DNA of 64,000 nucleotides, from positions 316-64,315 of the forward strand of contig CACASS010000001.1 in NCBI GenBank assembly GCA_902535275.1. Reading direction: 5' to 3'. This stretch comes from an uncultured Pelagibacteraceae bacterium (GTDB lineage: Bacteria > Pseudomonadota > Alphaproteobacteria > Pelagibacterales > Pelagibacteraceae). The position numbers and the translations under genes are program-made. This document shows, one piece after another, positions 19,654 to 29,066 of the stretch. Position 1 is the stretch's first letter, and each line of letters begins with the position of its first letter. The notes under the pieces were generated by a model, which saw only the letters and a list, made by a program, of their open reading frames with translations, did not search any database and was not told where the DNA came from.

Positions 19654-20202
19654 ATGAAAAACCTACTAATATTTGGTCTTACTATAATTATGTTTTTTTT
19701 TAAAAGTTCAACGAATGCAGATTATAAAAAAGTCTTTTACGACTTTAAAATAAATGGCATCTCGGGTGATGTAATAAATTTAAATGAATTTAAAGGAAAG
19801 CCAGTTTTAGTTGTAAATACTGCTAGTTATTGTGGATTTACTAAGCAATACAATGATATGCAAGAATTATGGGAGAAATATCGAGATAGAGGGCTAGTTG
19901 TCCTTGGTATACCATCAGATTCTTTTAATCAGGAAAAAAAAAATAATGATCAAGTTAAAGATTTTTGTGAAGTTAATTTTGGTATTAATTTTCCACTTAC
20001 AGAAATCACCGATGTAAAAGGTGATAATGCACACGAAATTTATAAATGGGCTAAAGAAAACTATGGAAAATCTGCTGTACCAAAATGGAATTTTTATAAA
20101 ATATTAATAAATAAAGAAGGTATAATTGAAGATACTTATGCATCTTTAACAAGTCCAACATCAAAAAAAATTACAAAAAAAATTGAAAGTTTATTAGAAT
20201 AG
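19654..20202 (+). CDS. glutathione peroxidase family protein
   Basis: VNTASYCGFT, FNQE, WNFYK. Confidence 0.93.
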   Translation: MKNLLIFGLTIIMFFFKSSTNADYKKVFYDFKINGISGDVINLNEFKGKPVLVVNTASYCGFTKQYNDMQELWEKYRDRGLVVLGIPSDSFNQEKKNNDQVKDFCEVNFGINFPLTEITDVKGDNAHEIYKWAKENYGKSAVPKWNFYKILINKEGIIEDTYASLTSPTSKKITKKIESLLE

Positions 20203-20967
20203 CAATGTTAATCCATCATGTGCAGGTATAACATTTTTTGGCAATAATTTTTTTACCTGGTTATAGTCAATTTCATTACTTAAATTTGTAAGAATTGTAT
20301 TCTTAGGTTTTATTTTTTTAATTAATTTCAAAACATCCTTTAAATTAAAATGTGTCGGATGAAAATTGTATCTTAGACAATCCACAATAAGATATTTTAA
20401 ATTTTTAAGATATTTTAAATTTTTATTGTCTATCTTACTAACATCTGGCGCATAAGCACATTTGTCATTAATAATGTAACAGATACTTTTTATAGATCCA
20501 TGATGAACCTTAAAGGATTTAATAACAATTTTAGTTTTAAAATCTTTAAGTGAATGCTTACTTTTTAAAGTATTTGCATCAAGTATAGATGGATAATTTT
20601 TATAATCCTTAAAACAGTAACCAAAAGTATTTATAAGATTTTTCATTGTAATTGCATCTGCATAAATGGGTATTTTTTTTCTATTTTTTAATGAAAAGAC
20701 TCTTAATTCGTTAATACCATGTGTTTGATCTGCATGAGAATGAGTATAAAAAACTTTATCAATATTTTTAACTTTATTTTTTAATAATTGAGATTTTAAA
20801 TCTGGAGATGTATCAATTAAAATATTTAAGTTTTTAGAACTTATTAGAGCTGAACATCTTGATCGTATATTTTTTTTATTCTTAGGATCACAACTTCCAT
20901 AATATCCATCAATACGAGGTATACCTAAAGAGCTGCCACAGCCCAAGATTGTGAATTTTATGCTCAT
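20194..20967 (-). CDS. MBL-fold metallohydrolase (PhnP/YycJ-like)
   Basis: LGCGSSLGIP, IDTSPD, HSHADQTHG; follows tatD. Confidence 0.88.
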   Translation of the reverse strand: MSIKFTILGCGSSLGIPRIDGYYGSCDPKNKKNIRSRCSALISSKNLNILIDTSPDLKSQLLKNKVKNIDKVFYTHSHADQTHGINELRVFSLKNRKKIPIYADAITMKNLINTFGYCFKDYKNYPSILDANTLKSKHSLKDFKTKIVIKSFKVHHGSIKSICYIINDKCAYAPDVSKIDNKNLKYLKNLKYLIVDCLRYNFHPTHFNLKDVLKLIKKIKPKNTILTNLSNEIDYNQVKKLLPKNVIPAHDGLTLLF

Positions 20968-21725
20968 TTATTAAAAAATAATCTATTAAAATTGTCAGTA
21001 GTTATTTTATCCATCTCTTCTGTATCAACATTTTTTAATTCTGATAATTTTTTTAAAGTGTAACGCACAAAAGATGGTTCATTTTTTTTTCCTCTCATTG
21101 GCTCAGGTGCCAAAAAGGGACTATCTGTTTCAATTAATAGTCTTTCTAATGGTAATTCTTTGAAAGTATTTTGAAGATCGATGCTATTCTTAAATGTAAT
21201 AATGCCACTAGCTGAAAAGTAAGAATTAAGTTCCATTAATTTCAAGGCAAAAGATAGAGATCCTGTAAAACAATGCATGAGTATTTTTAAATTCTTATTG
21301 GAATTTTTTAATACTTCATATGTTTCATCTTCAGCATTTCTAGAATGTACAATTAAAGGTATATCTAATTCTAATGCAGCATCTATATGATTTTTAAAAC
21401 TTATTATTTGTTTGTCTTTATCACTATTATTATAATAAAAATCTAATCCTGACTCACCTACTCCAATTATTTTATTATTAGTATTAATTTTTTCAATTAT
21501 TTCATCTTTTGATAGTTGATCATTATTAGTTTCGTGGGGATGTATACCAAAAGTTCCAAATATCATTTCATCTTTTCCTATAATCTCTAAAATTTTAGGA
21601 AAACCATTTAACGTTGTTGATATTGTTAATACCTTTTGAATGCCCACCTTTTTACATTTTGCTAAAATATCCTCAATATTTTGAACTAAAGGTTCATGAT
21701 CTAGGTGACAATGTGAATCAATCAT
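20964..21725 (-). CDS. tatD: TatD family hydrolase
   Basis: DSHCH, GIHPH, GESGLD, HCF, ETDSP. Confidence 0.93.
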   Translation of the reverse strand: MIDSHCHLDHEPLVQNIEDILAKCKKVGIQKVLTISTTLNGFPKILEIIGKDEMIFGTFGIHPHETNNDQLSKDEIIEKINTNNKIIGVGESGLDFYYNNSDKDKQIISFKNHIDAALELDIPLIVHSRNAEDETYEVLKNSNKNLKILMHCFTGSLSFALKLMELNSYFSASGIITFKNSIDLQNTFKELPLERLLIETDSPFLAPEPMRGKKNEPSFVRYTLKKLSELKNVDTEEMDKITTDNFNRLFFNK

Positions 21726-23256
21726 TTTTCTCAATCTTTTTGAATAAAATATCTAATTTGCCTAATTTATGACCTTTCTTTAAATAGTTGTTATCTTTAA
21801 TTGTCTCAAAATTTATATTACCTTCCTTTATACCAAATATTTCTAAAACTTTGAGAGATGAACCTGGTATTATAGGATATAGTAAAATGGTTACTTTTCT
21901 TATTAATTCCAAAGCAACATAAATAATTGTATTCATCCTCAATTTATCTTTCTTTTTTTTCCAAGGTTCCTGGTCATTAAAATACTTATTTGCTGCAAAT
22001 AACTGTTCAACAATGAAATTTATATATAAATTTACATCCTGATTATCAGAATATTTTATTAGATTATCATAATGTTTTGAATATTCATCTAAGATCAATT
22101 TATCATCATCTGTAAAGATATTATTATCAGGGACTTCAAAGTTTGAATTTTTATCGCAAAATGCTAGAACCCTTTGGCACAAATTTCCATAATTGTTTGC
22201 TAAATCACTGTTTATACATGACTCCAATTTTTCTTGTGAAATATTTCCATCATTACCAAAAGAAACTTCTTTAATTAAGTAATATCTTAAAGGATCTAGA
22301 CCATAATTACCTATAATCTCAAGCGGATCTAAAATGTTACCTTTTGATTTAGACATTTTTTCATCTCCTGAAAGTATCCATCCATGACCAAAAACTCTTT
22401 TTGGTGGTCTTATGTCAGCTGCTAATAGAAAAGCTGGCCAATAAATAGCATGAAATCTTAATATATCTTTTCCAATAAGATGCAGATCTGCAGGCCAAAA
22501 AGATTTGTATAATTCATCACTTTCATTTGGATAATTTAAAGCACTTAGATAATTTGTTAGAGCATCCAACCAAACATAAATAACATGATCTTTATTTGAA
22601 GGAACTTTTATTCCCCAATTAAAAGATTTTCTACTTACAGATAAATCTTTTAATCCTGATTTTACAAAACTTATAACTTCATTTTTTCTTGTTTCAGGTA
22701 AAATGAAATCTGGATTTTTATTATAAAACTCAATTAATTTATCTTGCCAATTAGATAATCTAAAAAAGTAAGACTCTTCTTCTACCCACTCAACTTTGGA
22801 ACCTGAAGTAATTGATTTTTTTGTACCATCTAAATCCTCAATTTCACTTTCTGTATAAAACGCTTCATCTGAAACAGAATACCAACCTGAGTACTTTGAT
22901 AAGTAAATTTCACCTTTTTCTTCTAAAATATTCCAAAGATTTTCAACAGATTTAGCATGTCTAGACTCTGTAGTTCTTATAAAATCATTATTTGATAAAT
23001 TTAATGTGTCCGATAAGTCTCTAAAAGTTTTACTAATTTCATCACAAAATAATAGTGGATCCATTTTTTTCTCTTCTGCAGCACGTTGAATTTTTTGACC
23101 ATGTTCATCTGTGCCGGTTAAAAAATAAACATTAAAGCCTTGAATTCTTTTTAATCTTGCAAAAAAATCAGCAATAATACTTGAATAAGCATGGCCCATG
23201 TGTGGTTTTGCAGATGGATAATAAATTGGTGTTGTAATGTAGTAATTTTTATTCAC
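21718..23256 (-). CDS. metG: methionine--tRNA ligase
   Basis: HMGH, KMSKS, YVWLDAL. Confidence 0.97.
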   Translation of the reverse strand: MNKNYYITTPIYYPSAKPHMGHAYSSIIADFFARLKRIQGFNVYFLTGTDEHGQKIQRAAEEKKMDPLLFCDEISKTFRDLSDTLNLSNNDFIRTTESRHAKSVENLWNILEEKGEIYLSKYSGWYSVSDEAFYTESEIEDLDGTKKSITSGSKVEWVEEESYFFRLSNWQDKLIEFYNKNPDFILPETRKNEVISFVKSGLKDLSVSRKSFNWGIKVPSNKDHVIYVWLDALTNYLSALNYPNESDELYKSFWPADLHLIGKDILRFHAIYWPAFLLAADIRPPKRVFGHGWILSGDEKMSKSKGNILDPLEIIGNYGLDPLRYYLIKEVSFGNDGNISQEKLESCINSDLANNYGNLCQRVLAFCDKNSNFEVPDNNIFTDDDKLILDEYSKHYDNLIKYSDNQDVNLYINFIVEQLFAANKYFNDQEPWKKKKDKLRMNTIIYVALELIRKVTILLYPIIPGSSLKVLEIFGIKEGNINFETIKDNNYLKKGHKLGKLDILFKKIEKND

Positions 23257-24169
23257 TTAATAATTTATCATTAAATTCTAGAAAAAATGACTCAAAATCT
23301 AAGTTATATTTTTTAACAAAAGAAAGTTTTAAATAAAAATACTTTTTTATTTTGAATGAAAGTTTCTTAGTATTATTTATATTTTTGTAGAAAAAAAGTT
23401 CAATAAATAAATGCAAATATTCTTTAATAAATTCATTAGATGTATATAATTTATTCTTAATTAAATAGGTCAATAAATCCTCAATATTGGTCTCTTTCAA
23501 AGATAAATCGTTAGTTTTTAGAAAATTTACCAATGATATTAAAAATGATGGAGAATTATAATTATTTATAAAGTCTAAGTTAATATCGTTATACATATCA
23601 CTATCAAAATAATAATTTACGATCTCTATTACCTCCTTATTAGCCAAATTAGTTTTAAACTCTAAACATCTTGATTTAATTGTTTCTAAGGTTCTAAATT
23701 CAGAATTGTTTACTAAAATATAAAATGTTTTGTTATTAGGTTCCTCAATAGATTTTAATAAAGCATTAGCAGAATTAATACCTAATAAGTTTATATCCTC
23801 AATTATTATAAATCTTCTATCATTATTAAAAGAAGTTTGATTAGTAAATTGGATCATCTCTCTAATTTGATCAATTTCTACTATTTTTTTATCTATTTTT
23901 TTTTTTATTTTAAAAATATTAGGATGTGAGTTGGTAGAAATTAGTTTAGATAAATTATTATTTAATTTAAGTTCATTTTTTTTAAAATCATAAGTTTTAT
24001 TGTTATTTTTTGAATAAAAATAATTCAAAAAATGATTAATTAAAATTTTTTTACCTATACCTTTAGGACCATTTATTAAAATCTTGTTTGGGAATTTTTG
24101 TATTTGATCTAGATAAATTAAATTATTAAATAGATTTTTATGACCAATTAATTTACTTGTTTCACTCAT
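23249..24169 (-). CDS. holB: DNA polymerase III subunit delta'
   Basis: GPKGIGK, ANALLKSIEEP, TIKSRC; tmk-holB-metG synteny. Confidence 0.88.
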   Translation of the reverse strand: MSETSKLIGHKNLFNNLIYLDQIQKFPNKILINGPKGIGKKILINHFLNYFYSKNNNKTYDFKKNELKLNNNLSKLISTNSHPNIFKIKKKIDKKIVEIDQIREMIQFTNQTSFNNDRRFIIIEDINLLGINSANALLKSIEEPNNKTFYILVNNSEFRTLETIKSRCLEFKTNLANKEVIEIVNYYFDSDMYNDINLDFINNYNSPSFLISLVNFLKTNDLSLKETNIEDLLTYLIKNKLYTSNEFIKEYLHLFIELFFYKNINNTKKLSFKIKKYFYLKLSFVKKYNLDFESFFLEFNDKLLSE

Positions 24170-24790
24170 TTATTTTAAAATTTTTTTTATTTTATTAATT
24201 ATCTTTTTTTCAATAATTTTTAAATTATCTTTGTTGCTATCCAATATTAAATATTTAGATTTATTTTTATTCGCTATTTTCAAAAATCCTTTTTGAACTT
24301 TATTATAAAAATTATATTTAAACTTATCGTATTTATTGATATTTTTTCTTGATCTTAACCTCTTTAGCATATTCTTTCTATTAACAACACTTAAAAAAGT
24401 AAAGTTTGGTTTTAAATTACCAAGTAAAAAATTATTCATTTGTATAATTAAATCTTTATCTAACCCCATGCCGTAATGCTGATATGCTAATGTCGAGTCT
24501 ATAAACCTATCTATCAATACAACTTTATTTTTTAAATTTTTTTTTAAGATTTTATCAATATTTTCTGATCTAGAAGCCATAAGCAAAAATAAATCAGTTT
24601 TATTACTTAATTTAGATTTTTTACTTAACATTAATGATCTTAATTTTTCAGAAAATTTAGTGCCTCCAGGTTCTCGAAAAGTAATATATTTAATTTTGTA
24701 TTTTTTGAAATATTTAATAGTTTTCTTTAAATTAGTGGATTTTCCAGATGTCTCGATACCTTCAAAAACTATTAGAGGATTTTTAGACAT
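24170..24790 (-). CDS. tmk: thymidylate kinase
   Basis: FEGIETSGKST, REPGG, DRFIDSTLAYQ. Confidence 0.95.
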   Translation of the reverse strand: MSKNPLIVFEGIETSGKSTNLKKTIKYFKKYKIKYITFREPGGTKFSEKLRSLMLSKKSKLSNKTDLFLLMASRSENIDKILKKNLKNKVVLIDRFIDSTLAYQHYGMGLDKDLIIQMNNFLLGNLKPNFTFLSVVNRKNMLKRLRSRKNINKYDKFKYNFYNKVQKGFLKIANKNKSKYLILDSNKDNLKIIEKKIINKIKKILK

Positions 24791-25937
24791 CACCCCAAAT
24801 AAGGAAATTTATTGAAGAAATAAATCTAGAAATGATATTTTGTCTTTTTACATCTTCAAATGCTAATAGATCATATTCTCCTATTTGTTCATCTTTATAC
24901 GAAATTTTTACTTTTCCTATTATGTCATTTTTGAATATTGGAGCTTTTAGCGGACCTTGATAATCAATAGAAACTTTTAAATATTTTTTTTTTGCTTTTG
25001 GAATTGTTTGATATACATCTTTATTAATGTAGGATTTAACTGTTTTTTGAATACCTTGCCAAACTTCCAACTCATCAAATATTTCATCTTTTTTAGCAAT
25101 ATTAATTGTGTCGAAATTGGTTAATCCATATGTCAGTAGTTTAAGAGACTCTTTTGATCTTGAATTTTTTGATACAAAACCACTTCCAACTGCAATTATT
25201 CTTCTTTCATTTCTTTTTATAGTTGAGGCTAGTGAATATTTTTCATAGGCAAGATATCCTGTTTTAATTCCATCAACTCCAATATTTTTATAAAGCAGAG
25301 GATTACGATTACCTTGTTTAATTGGGTCACCTCCAGTTCTATCCCATGTAAATTCAGTTTCTTTGTAATATTTATAATAATTAGGATAATTTTTTATCAA
25401 ATAATTTGACATGATTAGTATATCTCTAACAGTTGATAAATTGTCAGGGGCATTTATTCCTGATGAATTTGAAAAGTTAGTATTTTCCATCCCAATTTCT
25501 CTGGCTTTTTCAGTCATCATAATTGCAAACTCATCCTCTGTACCAGCAATACCTTCGGCGAGAGCAATACAGGCATCATTGCCTGAGGAAACAATTATAC
25601 CTCTTAATAAATTTTCAACGCTTATTTCATCTCCAATCATTATAAACATTGATGAATATCCTGCTTGAGACAATCTCCAAGCATTTTCAGAAACTAAAAA
25701 CTTATCATCTAAAGACAATTCACCGCTTTTAAGTAAATCAAAAGCTATGATTGAAGTCATAATTTTCGTCATAGAGGCTGGAAATATTTGCCTATCAGCA
25801 TCTTTTTCAAACAATATTTTACCTGACAAATAATCTTGAACAATAGCAGTTCTTGCATTTACATCAAAGTTAGCAAAAACTGGCTTTATAAGGAATGATA
25901 AAATTATTAAAATTAATGATAAATTTTTAATTCTCAT
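24783..25937 (-). CDS. dacA: D-alanyl-D-alanine carboxypeptidase
   Basis: SMTK, SGN and KTG PBP motifs. Confidence 0.92.
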   Translation of the reverse strand: MRIKNLSLILIILSFLIKPVFANFDVNARTAIVQDYLSGKILFEKDADRQIFPASMTKIMTSIIAFDLLKSGELSLDDKFLVSENAWRLSQAGYSSMFIMIGDEISVENLLRGIIVSSGNDACIALAEGIAGTEDEFAIMMTEKAREIGMENTNFSNSSGINAPDNLSTVRDILIMSNYLIKNYPNYYKYYKETEFTWDRTGGDPIKQGNRNPLLYKNIGVDGIKTGYLAYEKYSLASTIKRNERRIIAVGSGFVSKNSRSKESLKLLTYGLTNFDTINIAKKDEIFDELEVWQGIQKTVKSYINKDVYQTIPKAKKKYLKVSIDYQGPLKAPIFKNDIIGKVKISYKDEQIGEYDLLAFEDVKRQNIISRFISSINFLIWGDV

Positions 25938-26761
25938 AATTTAATTATTTCAATACTATCAAATTCAAGATTTTCGATATTATGAAATCCTTTCTTTAAT
26001 TTTTCAAAATCTTTATAGGGTCCTTTATAAACTCTAAAATTATTTTGTGACAACTTTTTGATTAAGATATTCTCAATATTATATTCTTCAAATAACCTGT
26101 TTTTTAACATAATAGCTGAATCTTCAAAATAAAAATCTGCGAATTTAATTATATAATTAAAATTAGTTACAAAATTCTCAGTACTAGATTCTTTTTTTTC
26201 TGTCTTAATACTTATATTTTGAATCATTATGTCGTCCACTGGAGCTTTATTGGCAACCTCTTTTTCTTCATCGAAAGTTTTAACATCATTTGCAACATAC
26301 AAATTATTAGAATTGATTGTTTCAATAAGTATATAAGGTTCATTTGGATTTATTGATAATTCACTAACAATTCTATTTGTAATTACTGAATTGTAAAAAA
26401 TAGGCAAAACTGTCTTATTTTGAACAACGGTTATTACCGATTTTCCATTTATTATATTTGTTATTCTAACTGGTGTTCCATTAGGGAGGTTGGGACTTAA
26501 TATATTAATTGATGCATTATCTAATTTATATTCTAATGAATTACTCTCATCTTCACTGTATATTAAAGCAAAACCTTTGTTAGAATAAACAATATTAATT
26601 AAATCTTCTTTCTTATTTATTTCTAGAGTTTCTTTAGTTTCTTTTTTATGGACAACAGTTTTTTTATCTTCAGGTTTATTTTTAATATTTATGTTTTGTG
26701 AGTGATGATCACAAGCAAATAATATTAAAAATATAAGGTATAAAATATATTTAAATTGCAT
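25934..26761 (-). CDS. degenerate RlpA-like lipoprotein (DPBB plus SPOR-like domain)
   Basis: Lipobox LFAC; LPNGTPVRITNIINGKSV resembles the RlpA DPBB; C-terminal FRVYKGPY is SPOR-like; mltB-rlpA-dacA synteny. Confidence 0.65.
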   Translation of the reverse strand: MQFKYILYLIFLILFACDHHSQNINIKNKPEDKKTVVHKKETKETLEINKKEDLINIVYSNKGFALIYSEDESNSLEYKLDNASINILSPNLPNGTPVRITNIINGKSVITVVQNKTVLPIFYNSVITNRIVSELSINPNEPYILIETINSNNLYVANDVKTFDEEKEVANKAPVDDIMIQNISIKTEKKESSTENFVTNFNYIIKFADFYFEDSAIMLKNRLFEEYNIENILIKKLSQNNFRVYKGPYKDFEKLKKGFHNIENLEFDSIEIIKL

Positions 26762-27749
26762 TCTTAAACTTACTTTTTAGTGTGCATACAGCTAATGCAA
26801 ATCTTAAAGATCTATTCCATTTTAAAATTAATTCATAATTATCAAAAACTACATAAGCTGGGGTTAATTTATTTGCATCTGGAATAATATCATAATCTGG
26901 AGTTACTAGCGCTGCTTTTAAATTATCAAGATCATTAAGAATTTCACTGTTTTTAATGTACTTTTTTAAATATGAAATTTTATTTTTATGCTTAATTTGT
27001 TTTGCAGATGTATTTAAATATTTATGTGGTGTTTCATTAACAAGCTCAACTTTAAAAAAACATGGAGTACTGTTATCCCACCCTATTTTATTTAAGTAAT
27101 TGGCTGCAGATGCAAATGAATCATCGATACTCTTTAAATTTATAGTTTCATCCTTATTATAATCAATTGCATAATTTTTAATAGTAGAAGGCATGAATTG
27201 GAAATTACCAAATGCACCTGCCCATGATCCTAAATAATTATTTGGATTTATTGTTCCATTATCGAACAAGATTAGAAGTGTTATGAGTTCTGAGGTAAAA
27301 AATTCGCTTCTTCTCTTATCATAACTTAAAGTTGCTAAAGATGAAACTATGTCCATTTTTCCCAAATAATTACCAAAATTCGTTTCAATCCCCATCAGTG
27401 ACAAGAGTAAGTCTCTATCTACAGAAAATTCACGGGTAATTTTATCAATTACTTTTTTATTTATTTTATAAATTTTAATTCCAGAGTTAACTTTTTTAAT
27501 ATTAGTTCTTTTGGAAACATATGTTTTAGTATCTTCATAAAATTCCGGTTGGTATCTGTCATATTTAATAACATTTTTTAAAAAAGAAGATTTACCAACA
27601 GTATTTTCAATCGTGTTCAGACTCACTCCTCTTTCTAAAGCAATTAATTTAAATTTCTCTTTCCACACTTCGAATTCAGAGTCATTCGCGTAAGCATTGA
27701 AATTTATGATAACAAAAAGAAAAAAAACACAAATTTTAATTTTTTTCAT
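26751..27749 (-). CDS. lytic murein transglycosylase (MltB family)
   Basis: DRYQPEF, GIETNFG, GSWAGAFGNFQFMPS, WNRS. Confidence 0.92.
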   Translation of the reverse strand: MKKIKICVFFLFVIINFNAYANDSEFEVWKEKFKLIALERGVSLNTIENTVGKSSFLKNVIKYDRYQPEFYEDTKTYVSKRTNIKKVNSGIKIYKINKKVIDKITREFSVDRDLLLSLMGIETNFGNYLGKMDIVSSLATLSYDKRRSEFFTSELITLLILFDNGTINPNNYLGSWAGAFGNFQFMPSTIKNYAIDYNKDETINLKSIDDSFASAANYLNKIGWDNSTPCFFKVELVNETPHKYLNTSAKQIKHKNKISYLKKYIKNSEILNDLDNLKAALVTPDYDIIPDANKLTPAYVVFDNYELILKWNRSLRFALAVCTLKSKFKNAI

Positions 27750-28617
27750 AAATATCTTTCAAATATATAAATACAGCAATCCATATTAAAATAAAACTAA
27801 CTAACTGATTTATATTAAATTGTTCATTATAAATAAAAAAACCAAGTATAAATTGCAAAGTAGGAGTAATATAAAAAATCATTCCAGCAGGTCCTAGTCC
27901 AGCTAATTCTACACCTCTTACATATAAAAAAAGAGGAATCACCGTCATTGGTCCTGCCAACATTAATAATGGCATCAAAGAGGGATTTGATAAACTAAAA
28001 TCGTTATAATTATTTATACTTATAAAATAAAATGCAACTAATACAAAGGGAAGTATATATAGACTCTCCATAAGGAGCCCAATATCAGTTTCTACGTTAA
28101 TTTTTTTTCTAAATAGATTATAAAAACTCCAACTCAACGCCACAATTAAGCCTACCCATGGAATTAATTTAAAATCTATTATTAATAAATAACTAACAGA
28201 AATAATTACTAAAAAAATGGAAATTTTGCCTTTTTTTGTAATAGGTTCTTTAAAAAAAAAATTACCTAGAAAAACACTTATAATTGGCATGACAAAATAG
28301 CCAAAACTTGCATCAATTATTTTATCTACACTAACAGCATAAATCCACACACCCCAGTTTATAAAAATTAAAAAACCAGAAATAAATAGAATAAATAATT
28401 TCTTCTTATCATTAAGAATTTTTTTTAAAATACTCCATTTAGAAAATAAAAATGTGGTAACTATTAATACAAAAGTTGTCCAAATACTTCTATGAATTAA
28501 TACTTCCACATGTCCTGCAAAAGAAATATATTTGAAGTAAATAACACCAAAAAAACCCCACCAAAAAGAACCAAAGGATGTAAGTAAAACTCCTTTATTA
28601 AAATTTTTTTTAGTCAT
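27736..28617 (-). CDS. rarD: RarD family EamA permease
   Basis: INWGVWI...ASFGYF...P, YITPTLQF. Confidence 0.88.
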   Translation of the reverse strand: MTKKNFNKGVLLTSFGSFWWGFFGVIYFKYISFAGHVEVLIHRSIWTTFVLIVTTFLFSKWSILKKILNDKKKLFILFISGFLIFINWGVWIYAVSVDKIIDASFGYFVMPIISVFLGNFFFKEPITKKGKISIFLVIISVSYLLIIDFKLIPWVGLIVALSWSFYNLFRKKINVETDIGLLMESLYILPFVLVAFYFISINNYNDFSLSNPSLMPLLMLAGPMTVIPLFLYVRGVELAGLGPAGMIFYITPTLQFILGFFIYNEQFNINQLVSFILIWIAVFIYLKDIYEKN

Positions 28618-28701
28618 TTTTAAATATTTGAATACTTTAACTTAATACTTAAGTCATTTTATTGTTGAAATATATATTAATAATAATAAAACCTTGCACA
28701 C

Positions 28702-28791
28702 GGAGAGATGGCTGAGCGGTTGAAAGCATCGGTCTTGAAAACCGACAAAGGGGCAACTCTTTCCTGGGTTCGAATCCCAGTCTCTCCGCCA
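28702..28791 (+). tRNA. tRNA-Ser(TGA)
   Basis: GGAGAGATGGCTGAGCGGTTGAAAGCATCGGTCT-TGA-AAACCGA, long variable arm, GGTTCGAATCCC...CCA. Confidence 0.97.
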
Positions 28792-28792
28792 T

Positions 28793-29038
28793 TCATTTAA
28801 AATCAATCAGTAGTTTTAATATTTTATTATTTTTAAAGATCATTTCTTTCTTTAAAATTTTGATAATGTCTTCATCATTCATATTAACTAATATATCTAG
28901 ATCAACTAAATCATCAAAAGATAATGAGTCAATTATAGATTTAACAAAGCTACTGACAAATATGTCCATTTCTTTTGTACCTCGATATTGAGATCTATAA
29001 ATAACCTTATTAATTAAATTTTGTTTATTTGAATTCAT
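28793..29038 (-). CDS. sdhE: succinate dehydrogenase flavinylation factor SdhE
   Basis: YRSQYRGTKEMD (RGxxE motif); divergent from recG. Confidence 0.88.
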   Translation of the reverse strand: MNSNKQNLINKVIYRSQYRGTKEMDIFVSSFVKSIIDSLSFDDLVDLDILVNMNDEDIIKILKKEMIFKNNKILKLLIDFK

Positions 29039-29066
29039 TGTTTATAAACATATATATATATATTTA

